NCBI GenBank assembly: GCA_903875045.1
Contig: CAIQUS010000060.1
Location: 5,690 to 69,689, forward strand
Reading direction: 5' to 3'
DNA from: an uncultured Bacteroidales bacterium
Lineage (GTDB): Bacteria; Bacteroidota; Bacteroidia; Bacteroidales; FEN-979
Length of the DNA: 64,000 nt
Position 1 is the stretch's first letter. Every line of letters starts with the position of its first letter. The notes below the pieces were generated by a model. It did no database searches. It saw only the letters and a list, made by a program, of their open reading frames with translations, and was not told the DNA's origin. The position numbers were made by a program, and so were the translations under genes. This document shows positions 9,874 to 18,802 of this stretch, one piece after another.

Positions 9874-11130
9874 TTGAAAACGAAAAAGTTTCTTACCCGG
9901 ACAGTACTGCTCGTATCGTTTGTGAGCCTTTTCACCGATATTGCCAGTGAAATGCTTTATCCGATCATGCCTGTTTACCTTAAATCGATAGGGTTTTCTG
10001 TTTTACTGATAGGGATTCTGGAAGGAGTGGCTGAGGCAACCGCCGGGTTAAGCAAGGGTTATTTCGGGCATCTCTCGGATATCAAAAAACGGCGTGTTCC
10101 ATTTGTGCGTGCCGGTTATATGCTGAGTGCCTTTTCAAAACCCATGATGGCCGTTCTTACCTTCCCGTTATGGATATTTTTTGCCCGGACCCTCGACCGG
10201 TTTGGCAAAGGAATCCGAACAAGTGCCCGCGATGCCATGTTAAGTGACGAAACTACCCCGGAGCACAAAGGAAAAGTGTTTGGCTTTCACCGTTCGATGG
10301 ATACAACCGGCGCTGCCATTGGGCCAATTCTGGCTTTGATCTATCTGTGGTTTTATCCCGGCCAGTACAAATGGATGTTCGTCATAGCATTCGTTCCCGG
10401 CCTCATCGCCATTGCGCTTACATTTTTATTGAAGGATAAGGTTACAGGGTCACAGGGCCACAAGGTCACAGGGCCACAAGGTCACAGGGTCACAAAGTCA
10501 CAAGGTCGCCACATCATCACATCATCAAATCATCATATCGGCTTTTTTTCCTATTTGAAATACTGGTCGCGTGCTTCCTCCGGATTCAGATTTCTGGTTG
10601 CAGGGTTACTTGCGTTTACTCTTTTCAACAGCTCCGATGCTTTCCTTCTGCTGGCACTTAAAGAGCAAAACCTTTCCGATACCATGATGATCGGTGTTTA
10701 TATCTTTTACAATCTTGTTTATGCATTTTTTGCATATCCGGTTGGCGTCCTTGCCGATCGTATCGGGCTCAGAACCATGATGATCATCGGTCTTTTCCTC
10801 TTTGCCTTTGTTTATACAGCCATGGGATTTGCCTCCACCCTGACCATTTTCGGCCTACTCTTTTTTCTATACGGGATTTATGCCGCCTGCACCGAAGGAA
10901 TATCCAAGGCGCTCATCTCGAACATGGCAGATCAGGCCGATACCGCCACCGCCATAGGGTTCTTTAACAGCCTGGCAAGCATATTCACCCTACTTGCAAG
11001 TTCATTGGCCGGGGTGCTGTGGTACTCCATCGGGCCAAAGGCCATGTTTATGATTTCAGGGATCGGGGTTTTTGCGGTGGCGTGTTACCTGTTGTTTGTT
11101 TGGAACCACTTCACAGTGAGAAAGGTATGA
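9874..11130 (+). CDS. MFS transporter carrying a 32-codon repeat-derived insertion in its central loop
   Basis: 418 aa, TTG start, 12 predicted TM segments in a 6+6 layout. The loop segment 'VTGSQGHKVTGPQGHRVTKSQGRHIITSSNHH' is encoded by 12 tandem octamers. Confidence 0.8.
   Translation: MKTKKFLTRTVLLVSFVSLFTDIASEMLYPIMPVYLKSIGFSVLLIGILEGVAEATAGLSKGYFGHLSDIKKRRVPFVRAGYMLSAFSKPMMAVLTFPLWIFFARTLDRFGKGIRTSARDAMLSDETTPEHKGKVFGFHRSMDTTGAAIGPILALIYLWFYPGQYKWMFVIAFVPGLIAIALTFLLKDKVTGSQGHKVTGPQGHRVTKSQGRHIITSSNHHIGFFSYLKYWSRASSGFRFLVAGLLAFTLFNSSDAFLLLALKEQNLSDTMMIGVYIFYNLVYAFFAYPVGVLADRIGLRTMMIIGLFLFAFVYTAMGFASTLTIFGLLFFLYGIYAACTEGISKALISNMADQADTATAIGFFNSLASIFTLLASSLAGVLWYSIGPKAMFMISGIGVFAVACYLLFVWNHFTVRKV
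10441..10536 (+). repeat. Tandem octamer array (12 units, 96 nt) inside the MFS coding sequence, in frame
   Basis: gttacagg gtcacagg gccacaag gtcacagg gccacaag gtcacagg gtcacaaa gtcacaag gtcgccac atcatcac atcatcaa atcatcat, read directly from the sequence. Confidence 0.95.
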
Positions 11131-11155
11131 TGCCTTTATGAAGACTGCGGAGTAA

Positions 11156-12736
11156 TCAATGACAGATCAGTAGTTTCTGGGAGTATTTCTTATTCCTGAC
11201 CTGGGCCTGAATAAAATAAACTCCGTTTGGTCGGGAGTTCAGATTAATCTGTGTCTTGTTGATCATGGGGGTTGATGATTCATAAACGGTATTGCCCATA
11301 ACATCAAATATCTTCAGACTCGTTACAGCTTGTGAACCCGGTTGATCGGCAGTTATCTGAAAATGGCCATCCGATGGATTTGGGTTCACCTTGAACAAGT
11401 TATCATCTGATTCCTTCTCTCCTGCGCCGCCTGTTACTGCTACGCATCCCTCAAAAGTTGACAGCCCTGCATTTGTAACCACAGGATGCGAAGTGGCCAA
11501 AGCTCCGCCTGACACAATGGTTGAGGTAACCGGAGTGATATAGACAGTTATAGTATCCGAAGCTACAATCATTGGCATAACACAATCTAAACCATTTCCC
11601 AATGAATCTGTTTTGATGATTCCGATTTGCGGGTGATCAGTCGGAGCCATTTTGACGCCAGGCACCGGGCCATTTCCCAAAAGAAGAAAACCATGGTCGT
11701 CCGATTCAACAACATCAACCGAAAGGATCACCAGTGATTGTGCCCACTGAATATTTCCGATCGAATCTATTTTTATCATCGGCCCGCCTCCCCAACTTGT
11801 TGTGGCAAATATGAACCCGCCATCGGAAGACGGATTTAATTTCGGTGCAGGCAAATCATTGAACATTGTTCCGAAATACTCCTGATAATTCCTGCCCCAC
11901 ATAAAATCGCCGGAAAAGTTTGTTTTAAGAAGCACGATCCCTTTATCTGCGGTAGATATCTGGCATAAAAAACCTGTTGGCGTTTCGACCACATCAAATC
12001 CTGCCATGTAATTTGAAGTACTGAGGGTCAATTTTTTAACCCAGGAAATGGTACCTGAACCAGTTAGTTTAAGGAGGTATCCTGATGACTTGAAAGGGGA
12101 AAAAGTATCCATTTCACCAGTGAGGATGAAACCTCCATCGGAAGTTTGCCTGATGGAAGATGCATAGGTGGTTTCATTCCCGGCGGATAAAAAATTACAC
12201 CACACGATGTTTCCAGAATTGTTGAGTTTTACCACAACAATTTTTGAATATGGCGCAGTTGCTAAAGAAAGAGATCCTGCAATGACGAACCCATCGTCGC
12301 TGGTTTGCTGAATATCAAAGGGTATGGCTGAATTACCCATATCGAGTATTCGTGTCCACAAGGTATCTCCTGCAGACGTTATTTTGACAACAAAAATATT
12401 AAAACCCCCAAGGATTGAACCAGGTGTACTGCCGCACAACATGAAGCAGGAATCATTTGTGTTAGAGATACATGTAAAACGTGTATAATCCGCACTGCCG
12501 ATCTTGGTGTCCCAGACAATGTTTCCCGCGGTGTTCACTTTCAGCACCAGCGCCTTATTGTCTTTCTCTCCGGCGATCAGATAATTCTGATCGAAGGTTT
12601 TTATCACAGAATAGCCCTGAGCAGAGCCATACGGATCATAAAATACTTTCGTGAATGTCGGTTGTTGCGCTTTCAGTTCAGCTGTGAAACAGTAAAGAAA
12701 TACACATGCTGCGAGAATTCCATATTTTGCCTTCAT
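11156..12736 (-). CDS. Secreted repeat (beta-propeller-like) protein with T9SS C-terminal sorting domain
   Basis: Start reset to 'MKAKYGILAACVFLYCFTAELKAQQ' (signal peptide). About 8 repeats of the '(K)xNxxGNIVW...TSDGGF' type. The C-terminus 'NPNPSDGHFQI...GVYFIQAQV..KYSQKLLI' fits a Por/T9SS CTD. Confidence 0.7.
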   Translation of the reverse strand: MKAKYGILAACVFLYCFTAELKAQQPTFTKVFYDPYGSAQGYSVIKTFDQNYLIAGEKDNKALVLKVNTAGNIVWDTKIGSADYTRFTCISNTNDSCFMLCGSTPGSILGGFNIFVVKITSAGDTLWTRILDMGNSAIPFDIQQTSDDGFVIAGSLSLATAPYSKIVVVKLNNSGNIVWCNFLSAGNETTYASSIRQTSDGGFILTGEMDTFSPFKSSGYLLKLTGSGTISWVKKLTLSTSNYMAGFDVVETPTGFLCQISTADKGIVLLKTNFSGDFMWGRNYQEYFGTMFNDLPAPKLNPSSDGGFIFATTSWGGGPMIKIDSIGNIQWAQSLVILSVDVVESDDHGFLLLGNGPVPGVKMAPTDHPQIGIIKTDSLGNGLDCVMPMIVASDTITVYITPVTSTIVSGGALATSHPVVTNAGLSTFEGCVAVTGGAGEKESDDNLFKVNPNPSDGHFQITADQPGSQAVTSLKIFDVMGNTVYESSTPMINKTQINLNSRPNGVYFIQAQVRNKKYSQKLLICH

Positions 12737-12949
12737 AACTTGATGTTTTAAAAATCTGTTGTGATCTGAATACATTGGTTTGGAAATCAAAGCCTTTTCA
12801 AATTTAATGAATTTGTAAAATGCCAGGTTGTTTTTTTTACATATTTTTTTATTTGTATTTTCGCTAACCATTATGACATGAGATAAACCCATGCATACCC
12901 TGTCACCCTTTTTCTGCAGAAGTGGCGGGGTGAGGTAAAACCCTGCCTT

Positions 12950-15196
12950 ATGAAACATTTTTTTATTTTGTGCTTTGCCCTGGTATTTGCGACTGTTACT
13001 CAATCACAGTCGTACATTCCCCTTACCGATAACATGGTCGTTAGCAGTAACTCCAATATCAAATTTGCGGGAGGGAACTATGTGTTTTCTGATGTCCCGG
13101 CAGATGGTGTGATCCAGCTCAACGGGGTTCAGAATGTTATTCTGGATGGTGACAGTTGTCGTGTAAACGGCGTCGGAAAAGCTGGCTACATGATCAAAAT
13201 CAACAATTCACATAACATTGTGATCAAAAATTTTGATTCTGTATTCAGTTATAAATATGCGGTTTATATCATGAATTCCGACCACATCACGATCAATGGC
13301 AATGTGTTTTGTCGTAACAAGGTTGATTCGGCCGGATGGATCGATGTATGGGCCGACTATACACAAGCCCTCGGTGGAGGTGTGATGATGTATCAGAGCC
13401 GGGCTGCCGATATTTTCGACAACGTGATGACCATGCAAAATGATGGTGTCGCACTCTATCACTGCGACAGCATAAATATCCACAACAATGATTTCTCCTG
13501 GAACACATCTTACGGCATCCGGATGTTCTGGACAGATACCTGCCATATCTATCAGAATAATTGTTCAAATGTTAACCGCCCCAAAACCGACCCCAGCGAC
13601 TGTGCCGCACTGCTTCTGATTATTTCAAATGGAAACAGGGTGGAAAACAATGACTTGTCATATTCAGGAGATGGAGTATTTCTTGGGCAGTACCAGCATT
13701 CCAACACGCCGAACAACAATTACTTTGCTTATAATGAATGCTCCTATTCACCTCACAATGCCATTGAGGCCACGTTTGCTGATGGCAATGTTTACAAACA
13801 CAACAATTGCAACTACAGTCATTATGGTTTGTGGCTTGGATATTCCTTTAACTCAGTGATCGACAGCAATGAGATCATCGGAAATTATCAGTCAGGGATT
13901 GCCATCGACAGGGGGTTCAACAATCAGATAACAAACAACCTGATACAGGATAACCCCATTGGTATCGAGTTGTGGGAGGGTTCCCCGGCCACAGGTTATA
14001 GTTCGTTCCACTCCCAGGATTATCCTGTTCATCATAACCTGTTCGATGGCAATACACGGGCGATTTCATCCATCAATACAAAGCATGCAGTGGTCATGTT
14101 CAATGATTTCAACTACAGTCAGACTGCAAGCCTACACCTTGAAGGAGCTTCCACCACCGATACCATCACAGGAAATACATTCAGAATGCCCACCGGATAC
14201 CATATATATAATAATTCCGCATATTCGAAGTATGCCCCCGGGAATTTATTTTTGCCTTCTGATACGGCCTTGATCAGCGCCAAAATATTTGACAAACGCG
14301 ATAATACAGCGAAGGGGGCAGTTATCTGGCAGCCTGAATTGCCAGGCCAGGTAACAATATTGCAAACGCATCCCCCATGCGATTTGGCAGAACCGGCTTC
14401 TCTCTGGTATGCCTACCCGGAGGTTGGTTATCCTGCAAAAGTGAAGTTTCCCGATTCGGTTTATTTTGACAGTACTGAAAAAAAGATTGGTGCAGCATCG
14501 GTAAAGCTTGTTACAAGCAGGGGATATGACCTCGCACTCAATTATCGCCCTTCGGAAGATTCCCTGTCACGATGGGTCCTTAATGATCTTGACACACTCT
14601 ATTTTTGGGTGCGGACCATCAGGCAACCACAATATGGTTTCCAGTTTTTTTCTGTACGCATAGGCGATGATCATGGGAATTATTACAAATATACTGCATC
14701 CCCAACACTCCTGAATGCAGCAAACCTGATGTGGAAACAATACAAGTTCCCACTTTCCGGTGGAGGTCAGTTCACCCGGTCGGCAGTTGGGGCCATGTCG
14801 TTGGAGCAGGTTAATTATGTGGAAATTCATGCCGATACCTGGGATTATGGTTTTACCCTTTGGGTTGACGGAGTTCAATTTGCGCCATGTTCCCCGATCG
14901 TTGGCATTGCAGCAAATACGCCTTCAGATCAGGATGCCCTTGTGAACTTCCCGAATCCATTCTCAGGAACCACCAGAATTGCATATCGGGTAAAAGATAC
15001 CGGTCCGGTAAAACTGGAAGTTTTTGATTTTCATGGTACCCGGATCATAACCCTGGTCGAGGAGTACCTCCAGGCAGGTGATCATGAAGTAGAATGGAAT
15101 ACCTCTGGGAGCCCGAATCCGGAAAACGGGATTTTCCTGCTTAAATTAACCACATCACAAGGAATCATCACACAAAAAATGGTACAATTAAGATAA
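12950..15196 (+). CDS. Right-handed parallel beta-helix (pectin-lyase-fold/NosD-like) protein with T9SS C-terminal sorting domain
   Basis: 748 aa, signal peptide 'MKHFFILCFALVFATVTQSQ'. Repeated 'N.I..N' beta-helix rungs. The C-terminus 'NFPNPFSGTTRIAY...GIFLLKLTTSQGIITQKMV' fits a T9SS CTD. Confidence 0.7.
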   Translation: MKHFFILCFALVFATVTQSQSYIPLTDNMVVSSNSNIKFAGGNYVFSDVPADGVIQLNGVQNVILDGDSCRVNGVGKAGYMIKINNSHNIVIKNFDSVFSYKYAVYIMNSDHITINGNVFCRNKVDSAGWIDVWADYTQALGGGVMMYQSRAADIFDNVMTMQNDGVALYHCDSINIHNNDFSWNTSYGIRMFWTDTCHIYQNNCSNVNRPKTDPSDCAALLLIISNGNRVENNDLSYSGDGVFLGQYQHSNTPNNNYFAYNECSYSPHNAIEATFADGNVYKHNNCNYSHYGLWLGYSFNSVIDSNEIIGNYQSGIAIDRGFNNQITNNLIQDNPIGIELWEGSPATGYSSFHSQDYPVHHNLFDGNTRAISSINTKHAVVMFNDFNYSQTASLHLEGASTTDTITGNTFRMPTGYHIYNNSAYSKYAPGNLFLPSDTALISAKIFDKRDNTAKGAVIWQPELPGQVTILQTHPPCDLAEPASLWYAYPEVGYPAKVKFPDSVYFDSTEKKIGAASVKLVTSRGYDLALNYRPSEDSLSRWVLNDLDTLYFWVRTIRQPQYGFQFFSVRIGDDHGNYYKYTASPTLLNAANLMWKQYKFPLSGGGQFTRSAVGAMSLEQVNYVEIHADTWDYGFTLWVDGVQFAPCSPIVGIAANTPSDQDALVNFPNPFSGTTRIAYRVKDTGPVKLEVFDFHGTRIITLVEEYLQAGDHEVEWNTSGSPNPENGIFLLKLTTSQGIITQKMVQLR

Positions 15197-15216
15197 CCAG
15201 GCCTGATCGCCGGATT

Positions 15217-15257
15217 TTCTAATTTCTAATTTCCAATTTCAACTTTCCAAATTTCCC
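15217..15257. repeat. Tandem heptamer array (TTCTAAT, ~6 units) between convergent genes
   Basis: ttctaat ttctaat ttccaat ttcaact ttccaaa tttccc. Confidence 0.9.
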
Positions 15258-15258
15258 G

Positions 15259-17682
15259 CTAGAACTTTGCCGTCAGTTTCAGATTAACCATCCTCGGTGT
15301 AAGATAATTAGGTACAGCATATTCTTTTCCATTGATGTCGGTTATCCAGAGGTAGGAAATGGTATTGCTGATTTGCAGCAGGTTGAATACATCAAGCGAT
15401 ATCCACATCGATTCGATGACCCTCAGCGGGTTTTTTGCCGAAAAATTAGTCTGCTGGCCAATTAATTGTTTCGACAACCCGATATCAACACGCCGATAAG
15501 GCGGAATGCGCATAGTTTGTGCACTTCGGGGTGAATCGGGGGGGCCGAATGGCAGCCCTGTCCCATAAACCAGGGTCAGATTCATTTTCCAGGTTGGAAA
15601 TCCGGGAATATAATCCTGGAAGAAGATGGCCAGGTTCATCCTTTGGTCGGTTGGCCTTGGGATCCAGGATCCCTGGAAATACTCCTCTGTTTTGAGAAAG
15701 GATAAACTGGCCCATGATTCAGCCCCCTTGACAAATTCACCATGAACACGAAAATCGATCCCGACCGCATATCCGTGGGCTTCATTGGTACCATAATACC
15801 TGATCTTCATGTTGTCGATTTCGTATGGGATCAGGTTCTGAATGTTTTTATAATATGCTTCCGTGACAAATTTGAACGGACGTCCCCACGCTTTGAAGTA
15901 ATAGTCGCTGCCGGCTACCACCTGTATGGATGTTTGCGCCTTAAGCCCTGGCACAATATTCCCCTGCAAATCTGCCATTTCACGAAAGGTTGGAGGCTGG
16001 GAATAAAAACCGGATGAAAGCCTGAAAACAGTTTCATGCTTCCAATGTGGTTTAAAGGATATATTCACCCTTGGATTGAGCAGGAACTGACCGTTAAAAT
16101 CATAATAGATTGCCCGTATCCCTGCAGTGAGTGAAATGTCGTTCGATTGATTTTTAAAGGTCCATGTATCCTGAATGAATGCTGAGATACGGTTGGTGTT
16201 AACGGTATTATTGCTCCTGATGACATTATAAAGGATCAGGTCCCCTTTGGGAGGATACTGAGCACCCAAAGTGTCGGGAGGCCGGGGAATTGAATACCCG
16301 GCTGAATCCTGCAATTCCCATTCGTCGATGGAATAATTAAACAATTCATGCTGGTATTTTAAACCCCAGGACAAGTTGCTTTTATCCTTATCCCAATATC
16401 CCCGGTGTTCCATGTTAAATACAGTGCCATTCAGGTAATTCCTGGCATGCTGCAGGTATGCTCCAACCCCCATGATCTCAGTGATCTGGCCCTGCCCGCT
16501 GCCCTGGAATACTTCCAGTTTCCCGAGCCAGTATTCCCCGGATATATCATACGTTTCAGCCTCATAAGTCTGGAAAGCGGATGCAATAAGTTTTAAACGG
16601 ATGTTTTGTTTTGGTTTGAAATGGAGTGTAACAGCGCTGAGCCAGTTCTGGTAACGGTCGGATTCGCGCCCGTCAAAGTATATTTTTATTTTATAGGCTT
16701 CATCAATGGTACCGAAACTGGTTTCACGGGTTTCAGGAACCAGGTTATAGGCGTTGTCGGTAAAGGTTCCAAAAACGGAAAGTTCCCACTTCTTGTTGAT
16801 TTCATAATTCAACATTCCCTGTATATCGAAAAACCTTGGTTTGTAATTTCCCTTTGTGTCAAGGCCTTTGAGCAAGTATGTATTTGTTTTATAGCGTGTT
16901 CCGAGAAGAAATGAAAACTTTTTTGTAAAAGTGCCTTCCACATGGGCGGAAGCACCCAGCAAACTTACATCGAACGATGCAGCAAACTCGGTGGGTTTTT
17001 TGTATTTGATATCCAGTACAGATGACATTTTGTCGCCATACTTCGCATCAAAGCCGCCGGAAGAAAATGATATACCAGACACAAGATCAGGATTGAGAAA
17101 ACTCTGGCCTTCCTGTTGACCAGACCGCACCAGGAATGGCCGGTAAATTTCGATATCGTTGACAAATACCAGATTTTCATCGTAATTGCCGCCACGCACA
17201 GAATATTGTGAACTCAGTTCGTTGCGTGATGACACGCCTGGCATGGTTTTAATTAAATCTTCCACGCTGGCATTGATTGTGGGAATGAAGGTAAGCACCT
17301 TTGGATCAAGACGGCTGAATGTGCTTGTGCGCAACTGCTGATCTTTAACTTCAATGGATTCCAGCTGGGTTGAAATTGCCTGGAGGGTATGATCAAGTTT
17401 TTGCCGCTCATTTTCCTTGAGTATGACAGGGATTGAATCGGTTTCATAACCGATATAGGAAAATAAGATCACAACATGCTGGTTTGCAGGCACCGGCAAC
17501 TCAAACCGACCGTCTTTACCGGTCGTAACACCTGCCGTTGTTCCCTTTACCGCGATGTTGACAAACTGAAGTGGCTGATTTTCAACTCCTTTTACAATAC
17601 CTGAAACGCTTGCCTGTTGAGCCAGGACCGCCTCTGCAAGGAAAATGAAAATAACCAGGGTTGTGAAAATGGATTTTCTCAA
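15259..17682 (-). CDS. TonB-dependent outer-membrane receptor with N-terminal CarboxypepD_reg-like domain
   Basis: 807 aa with a signal peptide. 'VSGIVKGVENQPLQFVNIAVKGTTAGVTTGKDGRFEL' carboxypeptidase-regulatory fold, a plug region and a C-terminal beta-barrel ending in an aromatic residue ('LTAKF'). Confidence 0.8.
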   Translation of the reverse strand: MRKSIFTTLVIFIFLAEAVLAQQASVSGIVKGVENQPLQFVNIAVKGTTAGVTTGKDGRFELPVPANQHVVILFSYIGYETDSIPVILKENERQKLDHTLQAISTQLESIEVKDQQLRTSTFSRLDPKVLTFIPTINASVEDLIKTMPGVSSRNELSSQYSVRGGNYDENLVFVNDIEIYRPFLVRSGQQEGQSFLNPDLVSGISFSSGGFDAKYGDKMSSVLDIKYKKPTEFAASFDVSLLGASAHVEGTFTKKFSFLLGTRYKTNTYLLKGLDTKGNYKPRFFDIQGMLNYEINKKWELSVFGTFTDNAYNLVPETRETSFGTIDEAYKIKIYFDGRESDRYQNWLSAVTLHFKPKQNIRLKLIASAFQTYEAETYDISGEYWLGKLEVFQGSGQGQITEIMGVGAYLQHARNYLNGTVFNMEHRGYWDKDKSNLSWGLKYQHELFNYSIDEWELQDSAGYSIPRPPDTLGAQYPPKGDLILYNVIRSNNTVNTNRISAFIQDTWTFKNQSNDISLTAGIRAIYYDFNGQFLLNPRVNISFKPHWKHETVFRLSSGFYSQPPTFREMADLQGNIVPGLKAQTSIQVVAGSDYYFKAWGRPFKFVTEAYYKNIQNLIPYEIDNMKIRYYGTNEAHGYAVGIDFRVHGEFVKGAESWASLSFLKTEEYFQGSWIPRPTDQRMNLAIFFQDYIPGFPTWKMNLTLVYGTGLPFGPPDSPRSAQTMRIPPYRRVDIGLSKQLIGQQTNFSAKNPLRVIESMWISLDVFNLLQISNTISYLWITDINGKEYAVPNYLTPRMVNLKLTAKF

Positions 17683-17691
17683 GGTAAGTTG

Positions 17692-18351
17692 TTATTTCAG
17701 TCGTTCTTTCTGAGATTTGAACTTCCCGTCTTTCCAGGCTTTAATAAATTTCGCCCAGGCAAAAGGGTTAAAAATATTGTAGGGTTGTATTTGTCCGTAA
17801 TAATAAAGTTTGCTTGTTTGGTTGTCGATGTAATTTCTGTAGTTCATGTTGGCATCCATGGGGTATTCCTCCGCACGCATCCTTATATCAGCTGCCAGCA
17901 GGTTTTTACGTGCAATTTCCAGATCATCATCCGGAATTTTTGTTTCAACAAAAGCCCGTTTGAAATCTTCGAGGGTTGGCCATGGAAAAATAAATGCTGC
18001 TGCAAGGGTAAGTGTGTCAGCCGACATCAGTTGAATCAGTGAATATCTTTGTTTGGTAATCGTATCGGGAATGATGAAGGAAACAGGTTTGAATCCCAGG
18101 GCTGTAAAAACCACTGTGTCATGCTGATGGGCAACAAAAGAAAAGTAACCATTTATATCGCTTGTAGTTCCACGGTGGCTGCAGACATCGAAAATTTTTG
18201 CATACGGAACCGGGTTCAGGCTGTCGGCCGTAATGGTGATACCTGAAAATTGAACCAAACTGCTGTTGTCATCCTGATCCTGGGCCTGTAATGAAATGCA
18301 AAAAAAAGTGAAGGTGAGTAAGGAAAAAAAATGGAACAGGCATTTTTTCAT
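17692..18351 (-). CDS. Carboxypeptidase-regulatory-like domain protein (secreted)
   Basis: 219 aa with a signal peptide. 'QFSGITITADSLNPVPYAKIF...TTSDINGYFSF' CarboxypepD_reg-like motif. 9 nt upstream of the TonB receptor on the same strand. Confidence 0.55.
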   Translation of the reverse strand: MKKCLFHFFSLLTFTFFCISLQAQDQDDNSSLVQFSGITITADSLNPVPYAKIFDVCSHRGTTSDINGYFSFVAHQHDTVVFTALGFKPVSFIIPDTITKQRYSLIQLMSADTLTLAAAFIFPWPTLEDFKRAFVETKIPDDDLEIARKNLLAADIRMRAEEYPMDANMNYRNYIDNQTSKLYYYGQIQPYNIFNPFAWAKFIKAWKDGKFKSQKERLK

Positions 18352-18420
18352 TCGTGGGTAGTTGTATTTTAATATCTTAAAACGGAAAAACTCCCGGTTT
18401 ATTTCTCAATGGGGATGGCA

Positions 18421-18453
18421 AAAAAAATGCTGTTACGGCGTAACAGCATTTTT
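18421..18453 (-). terminator. Rho-independent terminator downstream of rpmB
   Basis: Stem gctgttac/gtaacagc (extendable with A/T pairs), 3-nt loop. It is followed on the minus strand by a run of 7 U (plus-strand aaaaaaa 18421-18427). Lies 18 nt after the rpmB stop. Confidence 0.7.
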
Positions 18454-18470
18454 ACCCATGAAAAAAAAAC

Positions 18471-18710
18471 TTACTTAGCAAGATATCCTTTTTCCCTTGC
18501 CTCCTTGATGCAGGTATAAACGCCTTTTTTATTCATGTGGCGTAATCCTTCTGCCGATACTCTTAATTTGATATCGCGGTTTTCTTCCGATACAAAAAAG
18601 GTCTTGGTTTGTATATTCGGGCTGAACCAACGTTTTGATTTCTTATTGGAATGAGAGACTTTATGCCCTTTGATTGCAATCTTTCCGGTAATTTCACAAA
18701 TCCTTGCCAT
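18471..18710 (-). CDS. rpmB: 50S ribosomal protein L28
   Basis: 79 aa. 'MARICEITGK..KGHKVSHSNKKSKRWF.PN' is the canonical L28 N-terminus. Confidence 0.95.
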   Translation of the reverse strand: MARICEITGKIAIKGHKVSHSNKKSKRWFSPNIQTKTFFVSEENRDIKLRVSAEGLRHMNKKGVYTCIKEAREKGYLAK

Positions 18711-18747
18711 GGCTATTTTGATTAAAATGGTATTTCAAAATGGAGTG

Positions 18748-18755
18748 CAAAGATA
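18748..18755 (-). promoter_or_regulatory. Bacteroidota -7 promoter box (TAtcTTTG) upstream of rpmB
   Basis: Minus-strand TATCTTTG matches the TAnnTTTG consensus, 38 nt upstream of the rpmB ATG. Confidence 0.45.
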
Positions 18756-18802
18756 GTTGTATTATTTTAAACCACCAAAGAAATAATAAATCAAAACATT
18801 GT

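Noticed and set aside
12737-13003. Long N-terminal extensions in the ORF track (11156-13003, 53718-56672, 59615-59983, 51649-51696, 3949-4839, 42034-42063, 26585-27586, 40851-41981, 45455-45808).
   Set aside because: Internal Met codons give canonical signal peptides or family-typical N-termini. The extensions run through promoter or repeat DNA (for example 'GVRCAMPGPWGARCQVRGIRCAG' from the 14-nt array) and would overlap the divergent neighbour.
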